Assembly: GCA_030141605.1 (NCBI GenBank) | Contig: JAQGDQ010000006.1 | Span: 434,001 to 498,000, forward strand | DNA from: Tubiluchus corallicola | Lineage: Eukaryota; Animalia; Priapulida | Reading direction: 5' to 3' | DNA length: 64,000 bases | Shown here: positions 1-11,649 of the stretch, in pieces | Numbering within the stretch: position 1 is the stretch's first letter | Layout: every line of letters begins with the position of its first letter | Notes under the pieces: generated by a model | What the model saw: only the letters and a program-made list of their open reading frames with translations | Told to the model about the DNA's origin: nothing | Databases searched by the model: none | Position numbers and translations under genes: made by a program

Positions 1-350
1 GCTAAAAGACAAAGACAAATACAAGATTTATTTACGGTCGCTCATTTAACAGACAACATTAACACTAACGGCCATTTAACGACATGTACAGTTAAGGACA
101 CACAAACAACGGATAACACACAGGGCAGCAAACGCTAAAAATTAAATGTGTACAAAATGACCTCCAATGTAGCTTTAATACTGACGAGGACAACTGGGAT
201 AATGAGCCTAAATCTGACACTCTCCAATGAGACCACTGAGAGTATTTTGAAAAATTGTTATAATCAAAGCCTGTTGAAAATTTCGCTGACGTCGACAACC
301 TGCTAGACGGTCCATCGATTCTCATCATCCACAGTCCCATCAACAGTTCA
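1..350 (-). mobile_element. 3' end remnant of a non-LTR retrotransposon (LINE)
   Basis: On the minus strand the segment ends in AATAAA followed by a short tandem tail (TTGTAT/TTGTCT units, positions ~5-35), which is typical of L2/CR1-group 3' ends. The decayed ORF 92..343 lies upstream of the tail. Confidence 0.45.
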
Positions 351-419
351 AGAGGGCAGCAATGCTGTAAAAGGTTTAAAATTTATTTTATTTCTTTTTG
401 TTTTATTTCGTAATCTTTT

Positions 420-2185
420 AGTGCCAACGGAGGCCACTCCGGCATTCGTCCGGATTTTGGGCAACCCCGATAACATTTTTAGCGTTTTACTTAATAGGAT
501 ATTTGTTCTCGAATGCTATCCAACAGCCTGGTCTTATTCTCGACTCATTGCATTATTTAGAAAAGGAATAGCCTCTGTAACTGACAACTAATGCGGGATT
601 GCTATAACGGATGTTATAGCTAAGGTGTATGATAACATTCTGAACGGAAGACTGTAACTAAATAGTTTTAGTCGGACCGTAGGCAAACAAGCTCTTGGAA
701 ACGGCGTGGTTGTATAAAACAAGTTATTACTTTATGCTTGCTATCTGACTATAAAAAATGTACGAACAAAAATTCCGTGGACTTTTCTAAGGTATATGAT
801 CGCGTGCCTAGAAATCATTTGTTTCATTTAATGTAATGGAGTAATGATGTTAACAGCGCTTGCTGTTACAGTAATACTCGATTCATTCTGGAATTAGCTG
901 GAATTACAGCCTCCATAGGAATGCGCCAGGGGGCACCCACATCATATACATTGCTCACCCTGTATGTGAATGGCCTGATACGATAGCTAAAAAGTAGCTG
1001 TCTCTCAGATATGTTTTTAGGCTGGCTTCACTCGCTAATGCTAATGAGACACCGCACTTTAGCTATTTCTAGGCTGCTTAAACAAGGTGCAAACTCTCCT
1101 CGATTTTTGCAGTGAGCTTAGTATGCAGTTGAGTCAAGGCAAAACAAAATTTATGGTAATAAGTGGGGATAACAATGATAGGCAGGCATTTAATATCGAA
1201 GACGCAACTATAAGAAACTCTTCCTCGTATACTTACTTTGGAGTGCCCTTTGCGCAGGATGACAAAATCAATGGATACCTAGAAACCCATACGCGTGAGA
1301 AATACCGCCATGTGCTCAAATTTAGCATTTGTGATGAAAGATACTCCGTTCAGCATTATAATTTACAATACTGTTTTGAAGCGAATCTTAGATTGCTAAA
1401 GATTTGAGAGACATTCAAATTACGTCTCTATAACGATGTGATAAAAGGTCTACTTGGTGTCCGCAGAACGATGACCAACGTACTGAATTTTTGAAAATTG
1501 GGTTATCCCGACTTGCCTGCTGCCGGCAGTTTTTAAAGCACCTCTATGTAAATTTTTTACCCGAATGACAAATGAGCGCCAGTACATGGTTGATGAACCG
1601 TTTAATTATGCCTGAAATCTGATAAATCCTGAATTGAACACACACCCCATATGCACAGACAAATGTCACGAAACAGTTCATGTTCCAGAATACAAAAGGA
1701 CTTCTCCTCCGTTTAAACCTTTCTGCACATAGACTGGCTATAGAAACTGGGCGGTGGAGCCGAACTCCAGGAGATAACCGGAAGTGTACGTTCGAATAGC
1801 GCGACAGCCAAGAATTTCAACATCAGAATCATGTGTTGTGCCTGTGTGCTGAGTCCCAGTCAATTAGAAATAAATACGGACATTTAATAGACTTTCAAAA
1901 TATTGGAAATGTTTTTAAAATTTGAAAGTTGTGATGCAGTATGTTCTGCCATTTTTGAAACGTTGAACATTTACAATACAATATAGAACTTTGTCTTGCC
2001 CGACATGTGATTTGTCTGATTCATCTCAAAGCAACATCTTTATTATTTTTCTATTTTTTCATGTTTATTTATTTATTTTATTTATGCTTTCGAATTGGAT
2101 ATTGCTCATGTTTTGTGTTGGACCAACCCGAATAATTTGTTATCCCGCTGTTTGTCACTGGTCAATAAACTACTACTGCTGCTAG
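420..2185 (+). mobile_element. Decayed LINE (L2/Crack/Daphne-like) reverse transcriptase fragment with 3' tail
   Basis: Frameshifted RT motifs: GIAITDVIAKVYDNILNGRL (~595), VDFSKVYDRVPR (~778), GMRQGAPTS (~918), KTKFMVI...YTYFGV (ORF 1087..1407) and C-terminal SAHRLAIETGRW (~1722). It ends in AATAAA plus (ACT/GCT)n at ~2164-2185. Confidence 0.8.
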
Positions 2186-2249
2186 CTTTATTTGCTTAGA
2201 AAGAACAGCTTATCTGGTTGGAAAATTTTTCTGCTCCCATGGTCATCAA

Positions 2250-2770
2250 TCTCGCCTCTCAGAGGGCAGTGCTGCTCAAATAATTCAGAGGATTGAGCGC
2301 CTTTTCTACTTAAAGTCGCATAACTCTTCTATTGAGAAAAGTCGTGCAGCATCTACTTAAAAGATCGTGACGCAAATCCAGTCCGGAACGTCGAAAAATT
2401 CAGCGGATACTCAGTTAGTTATGTAGCTCATTAACTCAGGTCTACTAAGATAAATCGTTTGTTCATTTGTTCAGGTCTTATTGTCGTGCCTTGCGGCTCA
2501 TCTACCCAGCAATAGTGTAGCTCACCAACATTTAAGAAGGTCATGTATTGTACTACAAAAATCATGTAGCTTATCTACTCAAAAGAATAGTGTAACTCTG
2601 CTTAAACGGCTTGTTGTGTTGCTAAACTGCTGGTCATGCAGCTCATTCACTCGGAGGGTGTATACCATTACCTCAGAATAGCCGTGCAGCTCAAATATCT
2701 CAGCTAATTAGTTTAAGCTAAAGGAATCTTATAACTCATCTAGTTAAATGATTATGTAGCTCATTTAGTA
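2250..2770. repeat. Degenerate minisatellite with core TG(T/C)AGCTCAT(C/T)TACTCA
   Basis: Recurrent variants such as gtgcagcatctactta, atgtagctcattaactca, gcggctcatctaccca, atgtagcttatctactca, atgcagctcattcactcg and atgtagctcatttag. Confidence 0.5.
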
Positions 2771-4525
2771 TTCAAAGCTGTCTTCTAGCAAAAATAGAAT
2801 TTAAATGGCTAAAATTAAAAATTTGATACACTTATCAAACAGAAATATATAAAAATTTGCGCTAGACAAATTATATACAAGAAGAAAGTGGTTTTTCTAT
2901 ATCTAAAGCTGTTCGTCTCCCAAAAGAAATGCATGGCCTTTCTTAGTATATCTGCGTGACAATTAGGAAAATTTAATAGGCAACCCTTCTACACGAACTC
3001 CTTCCGTTCCGAACACTTTTGTTTTAAGAGATTAACTCAGAAGAGTCGTATTGCTAGTCTGAGCCGTAGGTATCTAACCAGGTAAAATTATTTAATGTAC
3101 TCGGATGGGACACGACTAAAGTGAGTAATGTACGTGCATGATGCAGATACACAGCAATAATATTACTATAATAAGCATGCTACAATAGATTCGTAACTTT
3201 TTTACCTATATAAACGGAAACTTTGTATTAGTCAGTATAGTTGTACTTTTAAGATCAAGCCTCAAAAGTATGAAATTCGATTTTGTTTAGCTCTCAAAGG
3301 CAGTTTGGAAGTGGAAAAGTTTCTGTTCTCGGAATAAGTACTAACCATTCGCACTCAGCAAAAGCTAAATCAATGTCCTCATTGAGGGCACTGGACGCCA
3401 AGGTTTGAAGCGCCAAATTCTTGGTCAGTTGATTACCGAGTTCACCAAGGCAGGCATCAAGGACGTCGAATAGCGTACTTCGTCAACTTCTAGTGCAACT
3501 GTTAACTTTATCTGATTCACAACAAATTCAGCTATAGTAATTCAAAGCATTTTCAGGCTAGCAGGGATACCGCTGAAATCTTATTGCTATACGGAAGAAC
3601 GCAGTTAGGGTTTTAGAGTTTAAGTAGCACAAAAGACAATTCGTAACTGAGCTGTCCCATCACTTTCAGCACAATTAATGTAAAAATGTACTTGCAGGTT
3701 GTGAGCACGGTTTCCTGATCGATATGCACATCCCCCTAGATGCTATGCAAGCACAGGTCGCGGCAATCAGTAATGCTTTGTTTACACAATTTAATGTACA
3801 ATGCATCAACTGCTCAGCTGACATTAATAATTATACTCATTCCTGTAAAAAGAAAACATTTTTGCTGTAACCGGATCGACCAGATAATGCCACACAGTTA
3901 CGCAATAGATCATTTTACATGCGTAAAGGTACGCGAAGTTTTTGATATTTTTATTAGATTTATATTCACTTGCATTGTCGTTACTTATTGGGTCTTGTAT
4001 TAGAAATATTTTAAAAAATGTTTCTGAACTACAAAAAGTTTTTATAGATTTTTTTAACAAAAATCTTACTCAAAATGCATACGTGCGCAAAATAGTCCTT
4101 AAATAAAGATACGTATTTTCGACTACAGTAGCCTGAAGCCCAGGTGGTGAGCCTTGTCGTCGTCGTTGCCGTCGTTGTGGACACAAGTCGTCTCAGTCAA
4201 AGAAGAGCACAGCTGTGGATGTAGCAACGGTCCGCAGGATTGGATCCAAGCTATCTATGACAGATTCTTGTTGACTCTTTATAACGAAATTTAAGCACTT
4301 TAGTAACTTTATTTCGCTATACTAATGTCTAAATGCTCGACACAATTTCAACCAATCGAACAACTAACGCCTTCAGAAAAAAATTCGCAGTTTAAATCTA
4401 GAATTTCGTACGTAATGACACTAATCTGAGGCCTATAATCATATTATGTTATAATTATGATTTTATTCTAGGCTCTCAAGATTGCTAGAATAATCTATAT
4501 TCAGGTTCTTTGCTAAATCGCGGAT

Positions 4526-4710
4526 CTGGAAGGATGTACCAAGTTCATGTTTCAAACTAACAAAAAAGAAAAAGTAGAATTTTCAAGCGAATTCAAATTT
4601 ATGTTAGTTTCAGAACTGGAAAGATGTACCAAGTTTATATTTCAAACTAACAAAAAAGAAAGAAAAGTAGAATTTTCAAGCAAATTCCAATTTGTGTTAG
4701 TTTCAGAACT
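4526..4710. repeat. Two tandem copies of a ~90-bp internally palindromic unit
   Basis: ctgga(a/g)gatgtaccaagtt...tttcaaactaaca...tgttagtttcagaa occurs at 4526 and again at 4616. Confidence 0.85.
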
Positions 4711-4978
4711 TGCTAGTTCTTTGTTAGTTCGATAAAAAGGCAGCATTCCATGTGGCTCGCTAGTGTTTTTGTGAAATGAGATATCTACCTCTTCTGTACT
4801 CAAAGACTCGCAATCAAAGCAATTTTGGATTATTATAATAATAAACAAAAGTAAGTTGTACGATATTAGCTGACAAGACCGAAAACAGCACGAAAACAAC
4901 TAAATACCAAATATCAGCACCAACTACTAAGCTTTATAGCTTAGTAATTGGTGCTTATATTTATATCCCGCAATTTAC

Positions 4979-4979
4979 T

Positions 4980-5016
<37 letters not shown>
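4979..5016. repeat. (TA)n microsatellite
   Basis: Directly visible, with one CA interruption. Confidence 0.95.
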
Positions 5017-5090
5017 GGAAATGTTAAGCAGCTGGTATGGAAGGAACATTGTTGATGTTTTCTTCCATCCCAGCTGCTTAACATTTCCAT
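5015..5090. other. 76-nt near-perfect inverted repeat (hairpin)
   Basis: atggaaatgttaagcagctgg pairs perfectly with ccagctgcttaacatttccat (21 bp). Pairing continues imperfectly to a ~5-nt loop. Confidence 0.9.
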
Positions 5091-7289
5091 TAACAATAAT
5101 TAGTCCCATGACAGTAGTAGTTACCCACAGCAGTCATTTAGCTAACTTTGCTGTTAAATGAGAACAAATGAGATCTTTCTACAGCGAAGTGATAATCAAG
5201 AAGCCATGTTATCACCTTCCACGAATCAAAGCCTCAATGCCATCTTCGTAAAGGAAGAAAGATACTACTTAAAAACACGCGTTCAGTAGAATTACCTCAA
5301 CAGTGTTAACACTGAAGCACTAAAACGTCCTATAACGTGTAGTTTTTGGAATTGAAAATAAAGAATTACGAATGACTTTTGAGCGAATTATTGAGAACGT
5401 TGTTAGTAACGTATAAGAATAGCTGAACAAAAATAGAACGTTGTTTTTTTCAATTTTATAGACGGTAATAATATATTTAAAGTAATGAATTCTGCAGTGA
5501 CCAGTGACTTTTAAACTTTTTGACTTTGCTGCACCGCCTCTCTATAAAAATTACCAGTTTTATAAGACAGCTATAGTAATTTGATTATCATGAAACCACG
5601 ACAGTTTAAAGTGCACATATTAGCAAATGATACAACTTTCTCGGCGTGGTTTGTCGAACGTTCATTCAAGATGGAGTGTAATTGTTCCCGATCAAAGTAT
5701 TACAGAGAGAAATGAATGCTTTCTGTCACGGCAAGCATCCTTTTTGTTTTTTCTTTTTCGCCTTTGCTTTTTTTACATTTATCTCTTTCATCCATTGTCT
5801 AATGTTCGTCTTTTTGCCGATTACATGTTTTCCCTTAGGCTTTTTCACTGTTGTGGAAGAAGTTTTTCTAAAAGATTTCTTATTTTTTGCAACTAACTCT
5901 GCACTAAGGTTATATTGCAGATATATTATGTTCAGTACAAGTTTCGAAGCACCGATCGTTTTGCTACGCTTGGCATTATTTACTATAACTTTCAGCCCAA
6001 CACCTCATATTTTAAGCAAAGCTATATAATATCCGTTTTGTCTACTGCAAACGTTGGGAAAGCATAATTCTAACAATAGAAAAATGTACTTTAAAATAAA
6101 TAATCAAAACAGTTAATGCAGTAAAATTACACACTGTTATGCCAGTTGCTTATCAGCATCACTTTCATTTAATTTTATACAAGTAATTTGGATATCTTAA
6201 ATTGGCAATAATTTAATAAACTGCAAGTTATTCAAATGTCTGTACATTTAAATATAATCTACACAATACGGGCAGACTACTCGAAAGTATAAACAGTTAT
6301 AAAGCGTTACATGAACAAGCGAAAAACTAGTTTCAAGCATTTCTTTTCTCGAACTTACCTGTTTTCAGTTTCATGAATGTTCGCGGTGTGTGAATCGTTA
6401 TCAAACTTCTGTAACTCTTTCTCTCCAACAAACGCAACTCGTTTAGTGTTGGCACATTTGGGAAAAGTTTGATCTTTCATCGACGACGAATTTTCTGACT
6501 CTTCTGATTTGTTTATAGACTCTAGTGAAGCCAACTGTTGTTGATCCATACTGCAACGCAACAGAGACTTGTATCTAAAGCAATTCAGACTTCAACTACA
6601 TTTGCCATTGAACGCCATTAGAACAGTAAACCTGTGATGATAAGCTTATGATATGCAGCTGCCATTTGTATACATTAAACGCACGAACTTCAATTAAGGC
6701 ACATCATTCTATTATATCCATAGGAAATGTAATAGCTATAGCGTGCACGATGGACCTCCAGCAAAGCGTGTAGGCTAGATGCTACACATATAATTATAAT
6801 GTAGCTCGCTCATCAAGCAGTTACAGGACTTTTGGAAGTCATTAGTACGTTGGCTGTAGACCTTTAATAAATAGCTGAGGTTTTCTGTATTTAGAAAAGT
6901 CTAGCGTAACACGACATATAAAAACTGTGTGCCTCATTAAATCTTTCAGCAGTTATTCGGACAAATGTGTAATAAAGAAACGAATAATTAGCCACTAATT
7001 ATATAGAATTTATATGTCAAAAGTTCCTATATACGTAGCTATACAGGCAAACATGTAATGAAAAAGCGAATAATTAGCATTAAAGATATGGAAAATATAG
7101 CCTAGATACTTCAACCATTTTTATTAGTTTTTGATCTGAATAATAGTGATAAAGTTTATGAAAGTGCCTCATTTTTCACTTACACTAAATATAGTGAGAT
7201 TAAGCGTACAACTTTTTACATCTCGGCGGTTACCGTATTTATATAATTACAGTTTGTAAGCTCTTATTCAGAGGCTGCGGAATAGCTTT

Positions 7290-7370
7290 GTGGCGACGGT
7301 GTCTGCTTTTCTGTAAAGTTAAGCAATGCTTGGCCTGGTAAGTGGGTGAATAGGCAATTGACAGAAAAAC
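7290..7370 (+). mobile_element. Possible decayed 5S rRNA-derived (SINE3-like) fragment
   Basis: aaagttaagcaatgcttggcctggtaagt resembles the 5S internal control region GAAGTTAAGC...GGCCTGGTTAGT. Confidence 0.35.
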
Positions 7371-8029
7371 TGTAGCGACAATTTTTTTCGTTGAAGGAGA
7401 CATCTCTGCCAATTAAGTGTCTCACCTTAGAAGATTAACTTTGGTAATTAGGGATATTTCGGTACGGCCACAACCATTAGCATCAGTGCTTGATGGGACG
7501 TAATTGATATTAGGCTTTGAGTTAATTGTTGTAAACGAACTTGCAGTGAATCTGAAAGAGCTTAGTTGATTTTAGACGGTCAAACAAGTATCATGGGATA
7601 AAGTGTGAATTCCTTTCAAGTACGTTAAGCAAAGTAAATTGACTGAGCTGATTTTGCAGGTCAAAAAAGAGTTCCAAAACAGCAAAGCGATAATTTACCA
7701 AATTGATTATTTTCAGGACACTCAGCTTAAGCATCATGTAGTCTGAATAACAAGTTACTCTATTTGAGTTTCAAATAACTCAACTTTAGCATTATAAATT
7801 ATATTATTTTTATTTTATTTATTTATTTTTATGTTAATTCAGCACAGATAGCATATTTCAGATATTTACAACACATAATATTATTGATAAAACGGATTAA
7901 AAATTACTAACAAAAATACGTATTAAAATGTCTTAACCTACGAATTTACAACTTAAAACCATCACTAGTATCTTTTGCTAGTTTTAAAAAAGTGACAAGT
8001 AATACGCCAGAGTTTGTAAAACTGCTAAT

Positions 8030-9185
8030 TTGTCTCTCCAGAAAAATTGCTTCCCAGAAAACTCTATTCCCAGAAGATATTTTTCTTATAGATAACTGGT
8101 TTCACAGAAAAAGTATTTCCCAGAAATATTTTTAACAGAAAATCGCGGTTACGTTTTTAGTTGCAAGATCAGCTGTTTTAGTCGGATAAAGCCTTCTATT
8201 TCTTTTTTCTGTTTGCTTCTCCCTGTCTGCCTCCTTTCCTCCTTACCCCCTCTCACCCTCACTCTTTCCCTATCTCCTTCTCTCCCCCACTGTCTCCCAT
8301 TTTATCCTCTTTAACTATAAAGGCGCATTGTATCGAGTACAGCAGACAGTCAGAATATGCCGCATTTAGCTTATAACTGATGTTGATAGGTTTCAAGTGC
8401 ATTGCAACTCAATTTTAGCGCTAAATTGGAATCAATTTGCATTGTATCATTCGCCACATAATCACCTCAAATTTAATTGATTTTCAAAGGATTTCAAATG
8501 AAGTTTAATAAACAATCTAGAAAATGAAAACACCGAGCCTTATGTTGGAATCTAAATTTGCCCAATAAATTATGGTCCTCCACAGGATTTATACAGGTTC
8601 TTTTATGGCAGGACCCGGATCCAAATTCGTTGTTAAAATAATCCTCTGAGATGAAATATTGAACAGGCAGAGGTGTCATGGGCACAGTCGGATGCATGTA
8701 CAATTGTATATCTTCCCTAAATCAGCGAAATAATTCGGCATAGCAGTAAAAGGAACTGTCCAAAGTAAGATCCCTAAGCAGTCACCCAACTAATCATTTG
8801 CCAGGCTCGACATTGCTTCACTTCGGTAGCCAATCACACGCCGTGATTGCTCACCATTGCAAAGACCAACATGATTCGCTATATAATTGTTCTGATATTC
8901 TATTTTCTTGCCTTATCGAGTTGAGCATTTTTTATACAATCCCTAGTAATCAATACACGTTATTAAAATAAACTTCCTTTTATTTTGTATCATCTAACTA
9001 CGCTTTAAAAAGGATTTATTACATTTTCTGTGAATTTTATTTTCTGGGAAATGACTGTTCTGGGAAAAATCTTTTCGGAGAAATTTTTCTTTCTGAGAAT
9101 TAAATTTTTCTGGCGAAAGAGTTTTCTGTGATGTTTTTTGTCGGGGAAAATTTTTTCTGGCAAAAAAAACTTTTCTGAGAAAAGA
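8030..9185 (-). mobile_element. Internally deleted Mutator-like (MULE) element with inverted subterminal repeat arrays
   Basis: A TT(C/T)CCAGAAAA-type array at ~8030-8145 is mirrored by a TTTTCTGGGAA-type array at ~9025-9185. The minus-strand remnant between them reads LDSSFYCYAELF..IQLYMH..PLPVQYF..RCFHFLDCL, similar to the MULE motifs DGTF..QLYTIH..PLVY..CxFH. Confidence 0.55.
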
Positions 9186-9271
9186 GGCTACCACGACTAC
9201 TGTCAGCGTTGTGAAAGGACTGTATAACACAGGTTACTTTTTCCATATTTATTTATATTTATGTTGTATGG

Positions 9272-9768
9272 TTAATATAAAGTATGTTTCTCCATCTTGA
9301 ACAGTGCAGTTTCGTTGTTAAATATTCTTTTGTTTTTAACCATAAAATTTCGACATAAATTAAGTTCCTCGGGTGACAACTAAGATAAAATGAAATGAAA
9401 ATTTCACGGACACCTCTAAAAACATAATTTTTTTAAAAAAATCAAACTGAATTAAGATAATTTAGAAAACACAGAAGCATTTTTTAAAAGTTGCGTTGAT
9501 TCATAAAACAGAGAATAATTATTAACATGTTATCAATTTTAACGGACTAATTTAAAAATTACTGCCGTGCTTTTCAAATTATCTTAACCCAGAAACAACT
9601 TTGCAAAAATTGTTTCTATGTTTGTTGTTTGTCTGTTTTGCAAAGAATTTTTAATTTTACTTTATTTTCGTCTGAGACAGTCATTAATTTATATCGAAAT
9701 GTTATTATTAAAAATAAAGCTGGATTAAGGCTGCACTGTTCGAATTAGTGAAACATACCTTATACTAA
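9272..9768. mobile_element. ~500-bp MITE/foldback element with long imperfect inverted repeats
   Basis: The left arm ttaatataaagtatgtttc..gaacagtgcag..atttcgacataaattaa matches the reverse complement of the right arm (ttagtataaggtatgtttc..gaacagtgcag..atttcgatataaattaa). Confidence 0.7.
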
Positions 9769-11649
9769 CAGGTGGCTTTCTAGTGCTGTCAGATTCGCTT
9801 TACAAGTTTACATAAAGTAACAAGTACCACTGCATACAGGATTAAATGGCCTCTCCATCGCACTCAAGCCTAAAAAGTTGAAAAAAATTCCAAGCTGAAG
9901 ATTGGCAAGAAAGGCATCATTCCCTATATTTGCAAAAAAGTCAAAGCTATCCCTTTCGAAACTCGTCATAGCTTCACCCACTTTTTCGCGCATGAACTCT
10001 GTAGCGAGTAGCATTTGCATTAACAAAACTAAGAAGTCTAAAAAAGCCAAACTGTTTGTGTAAAAAAAATTAAATGAAAATTTTGCACCAAAATGCGACA
10101 CTGCACATCATAACATCATACATTCTTTACAAGGAGTACACCGTAATCCTCCATTTCATTTTGAATGTTACATAATATTACCGAAGAAAAAATTAAAACT
10201 GAACTCACATTTACTTGTCGACTACAAAACAGCAACAAAAAATCATCACAATCAGTTTCGTCGTTTTGCCAAAATGCCATCTGCCAAGTGTGAGTGCAAC
10301 GGTAATTAATAAATATTTTAACAAACCCCTGGTAGTGTGAAAGATCTGTTCTCCTGCTCCGGTTAGATCGAAGTTGCTTGTCCTGTTCAGAATTCCGCGT
10401 AGAACAGGTGCTGATTCTCCCTCTGACGGAAGTATCATTTGTACCCTTCAAAAAGAAACACCAGTAACAAACGTAAAATTATTATTAATGTATCCATATG
10501 TGTGTTTATGCACTATTTTATTAATATTTATTTATTTACTTACTTATTTATTTTTTATTAGTAGCCTATTATTGTAAGCTCAGCGACTATATCTTTCGGA
10601 GTTTTGGTTGATCGTTTAAGAGCGTAAAAGGGTCAAATTCAAAACTCACTAAATTGAGGCATTCAGTTTTGACGCAAGCCAGATGGTTAAAACAAGGTGG
10701 TGCCATCTAGAAGCCATCACAGTAACTAACAACTTAAGTGTTTTAACTGACCCGTTAAGGTTCAATCTGCACAAATGCTACATCAATTACGTATCTTGTT
10801 TTTAAAACATAATAACGCTATTCCGTATTTTTTCTTTTCTGTAAAAGAAATGACGTACTGCTTTTAGAACTGCATATCTACTATCTTGTAAGGTTACATA
10901 GTTTTCTATATAGTTTTAAATGAAGCCATATAACTTACGTAAGAAGTAGAGACTTGACATCCTTCTGATACAAGTCCTTTTGACTCAGAATTAGGTGTAT
11001 GGTCAATAAGTTTTGTTTTCAGAGAATTTGGCTGAGCTTCATCAAATGTTACTATTACACATTTAAGTCTATTCATTCTGCCAGGTTTTTTCACTCATTA
11101 ACACTTCGTTGTAGGTAACTCCACCACGTTTTTGTAGTATACTTTATTTTCAGTTCTTTTGCTCGTTATCTAGTCCACATTCACTAATATTGCAGGAAGC
11201 TCTTCCATTGCGTACTCGTTAAAGTTGAAAGTTATAAAATTGTACGATCGCAAATGAAAAAAATGTATACTATTACCGTTATTAGAGTAAATTTTGTTTA
11301 ATATAAGCGTTCTTGGTTTGTTAAAATTTTTGTCCCGTAAACACTAGAATTATCCCAAATTACTAGGATATGCCACGGTGTGCATGTGATAACTCTGATG
11401 ACGTTTACCAATTTTCCATGACACAGTTAGCAGTTGGAAAGGAAGGCTTGTATATGGCAACTGTGAAACTAGTAACCGAATACGTTTGCAGATCTTATGC
11501 ATTACAAGCAATTATTTTAAATAACTAAATGCTTACATGGTTGCACATTTAATAATATATCACAAGTACTACCATACAAGTGGGAAAGATTGGCGACGTA
11601 TTAATCAAATAAGAATTTTTGTTCCCTAGAGAAAATGAAAAACTATAGC

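Noticed and set aside
5016-5043. Hairpin arm as miR-1 (UGGAAUGUAAAGAAGUAUG...)
   Set aside because: The resemblance is superficial. The seed region differs (TGGAAATG versus TGGAATGT) and several indels would be needed.
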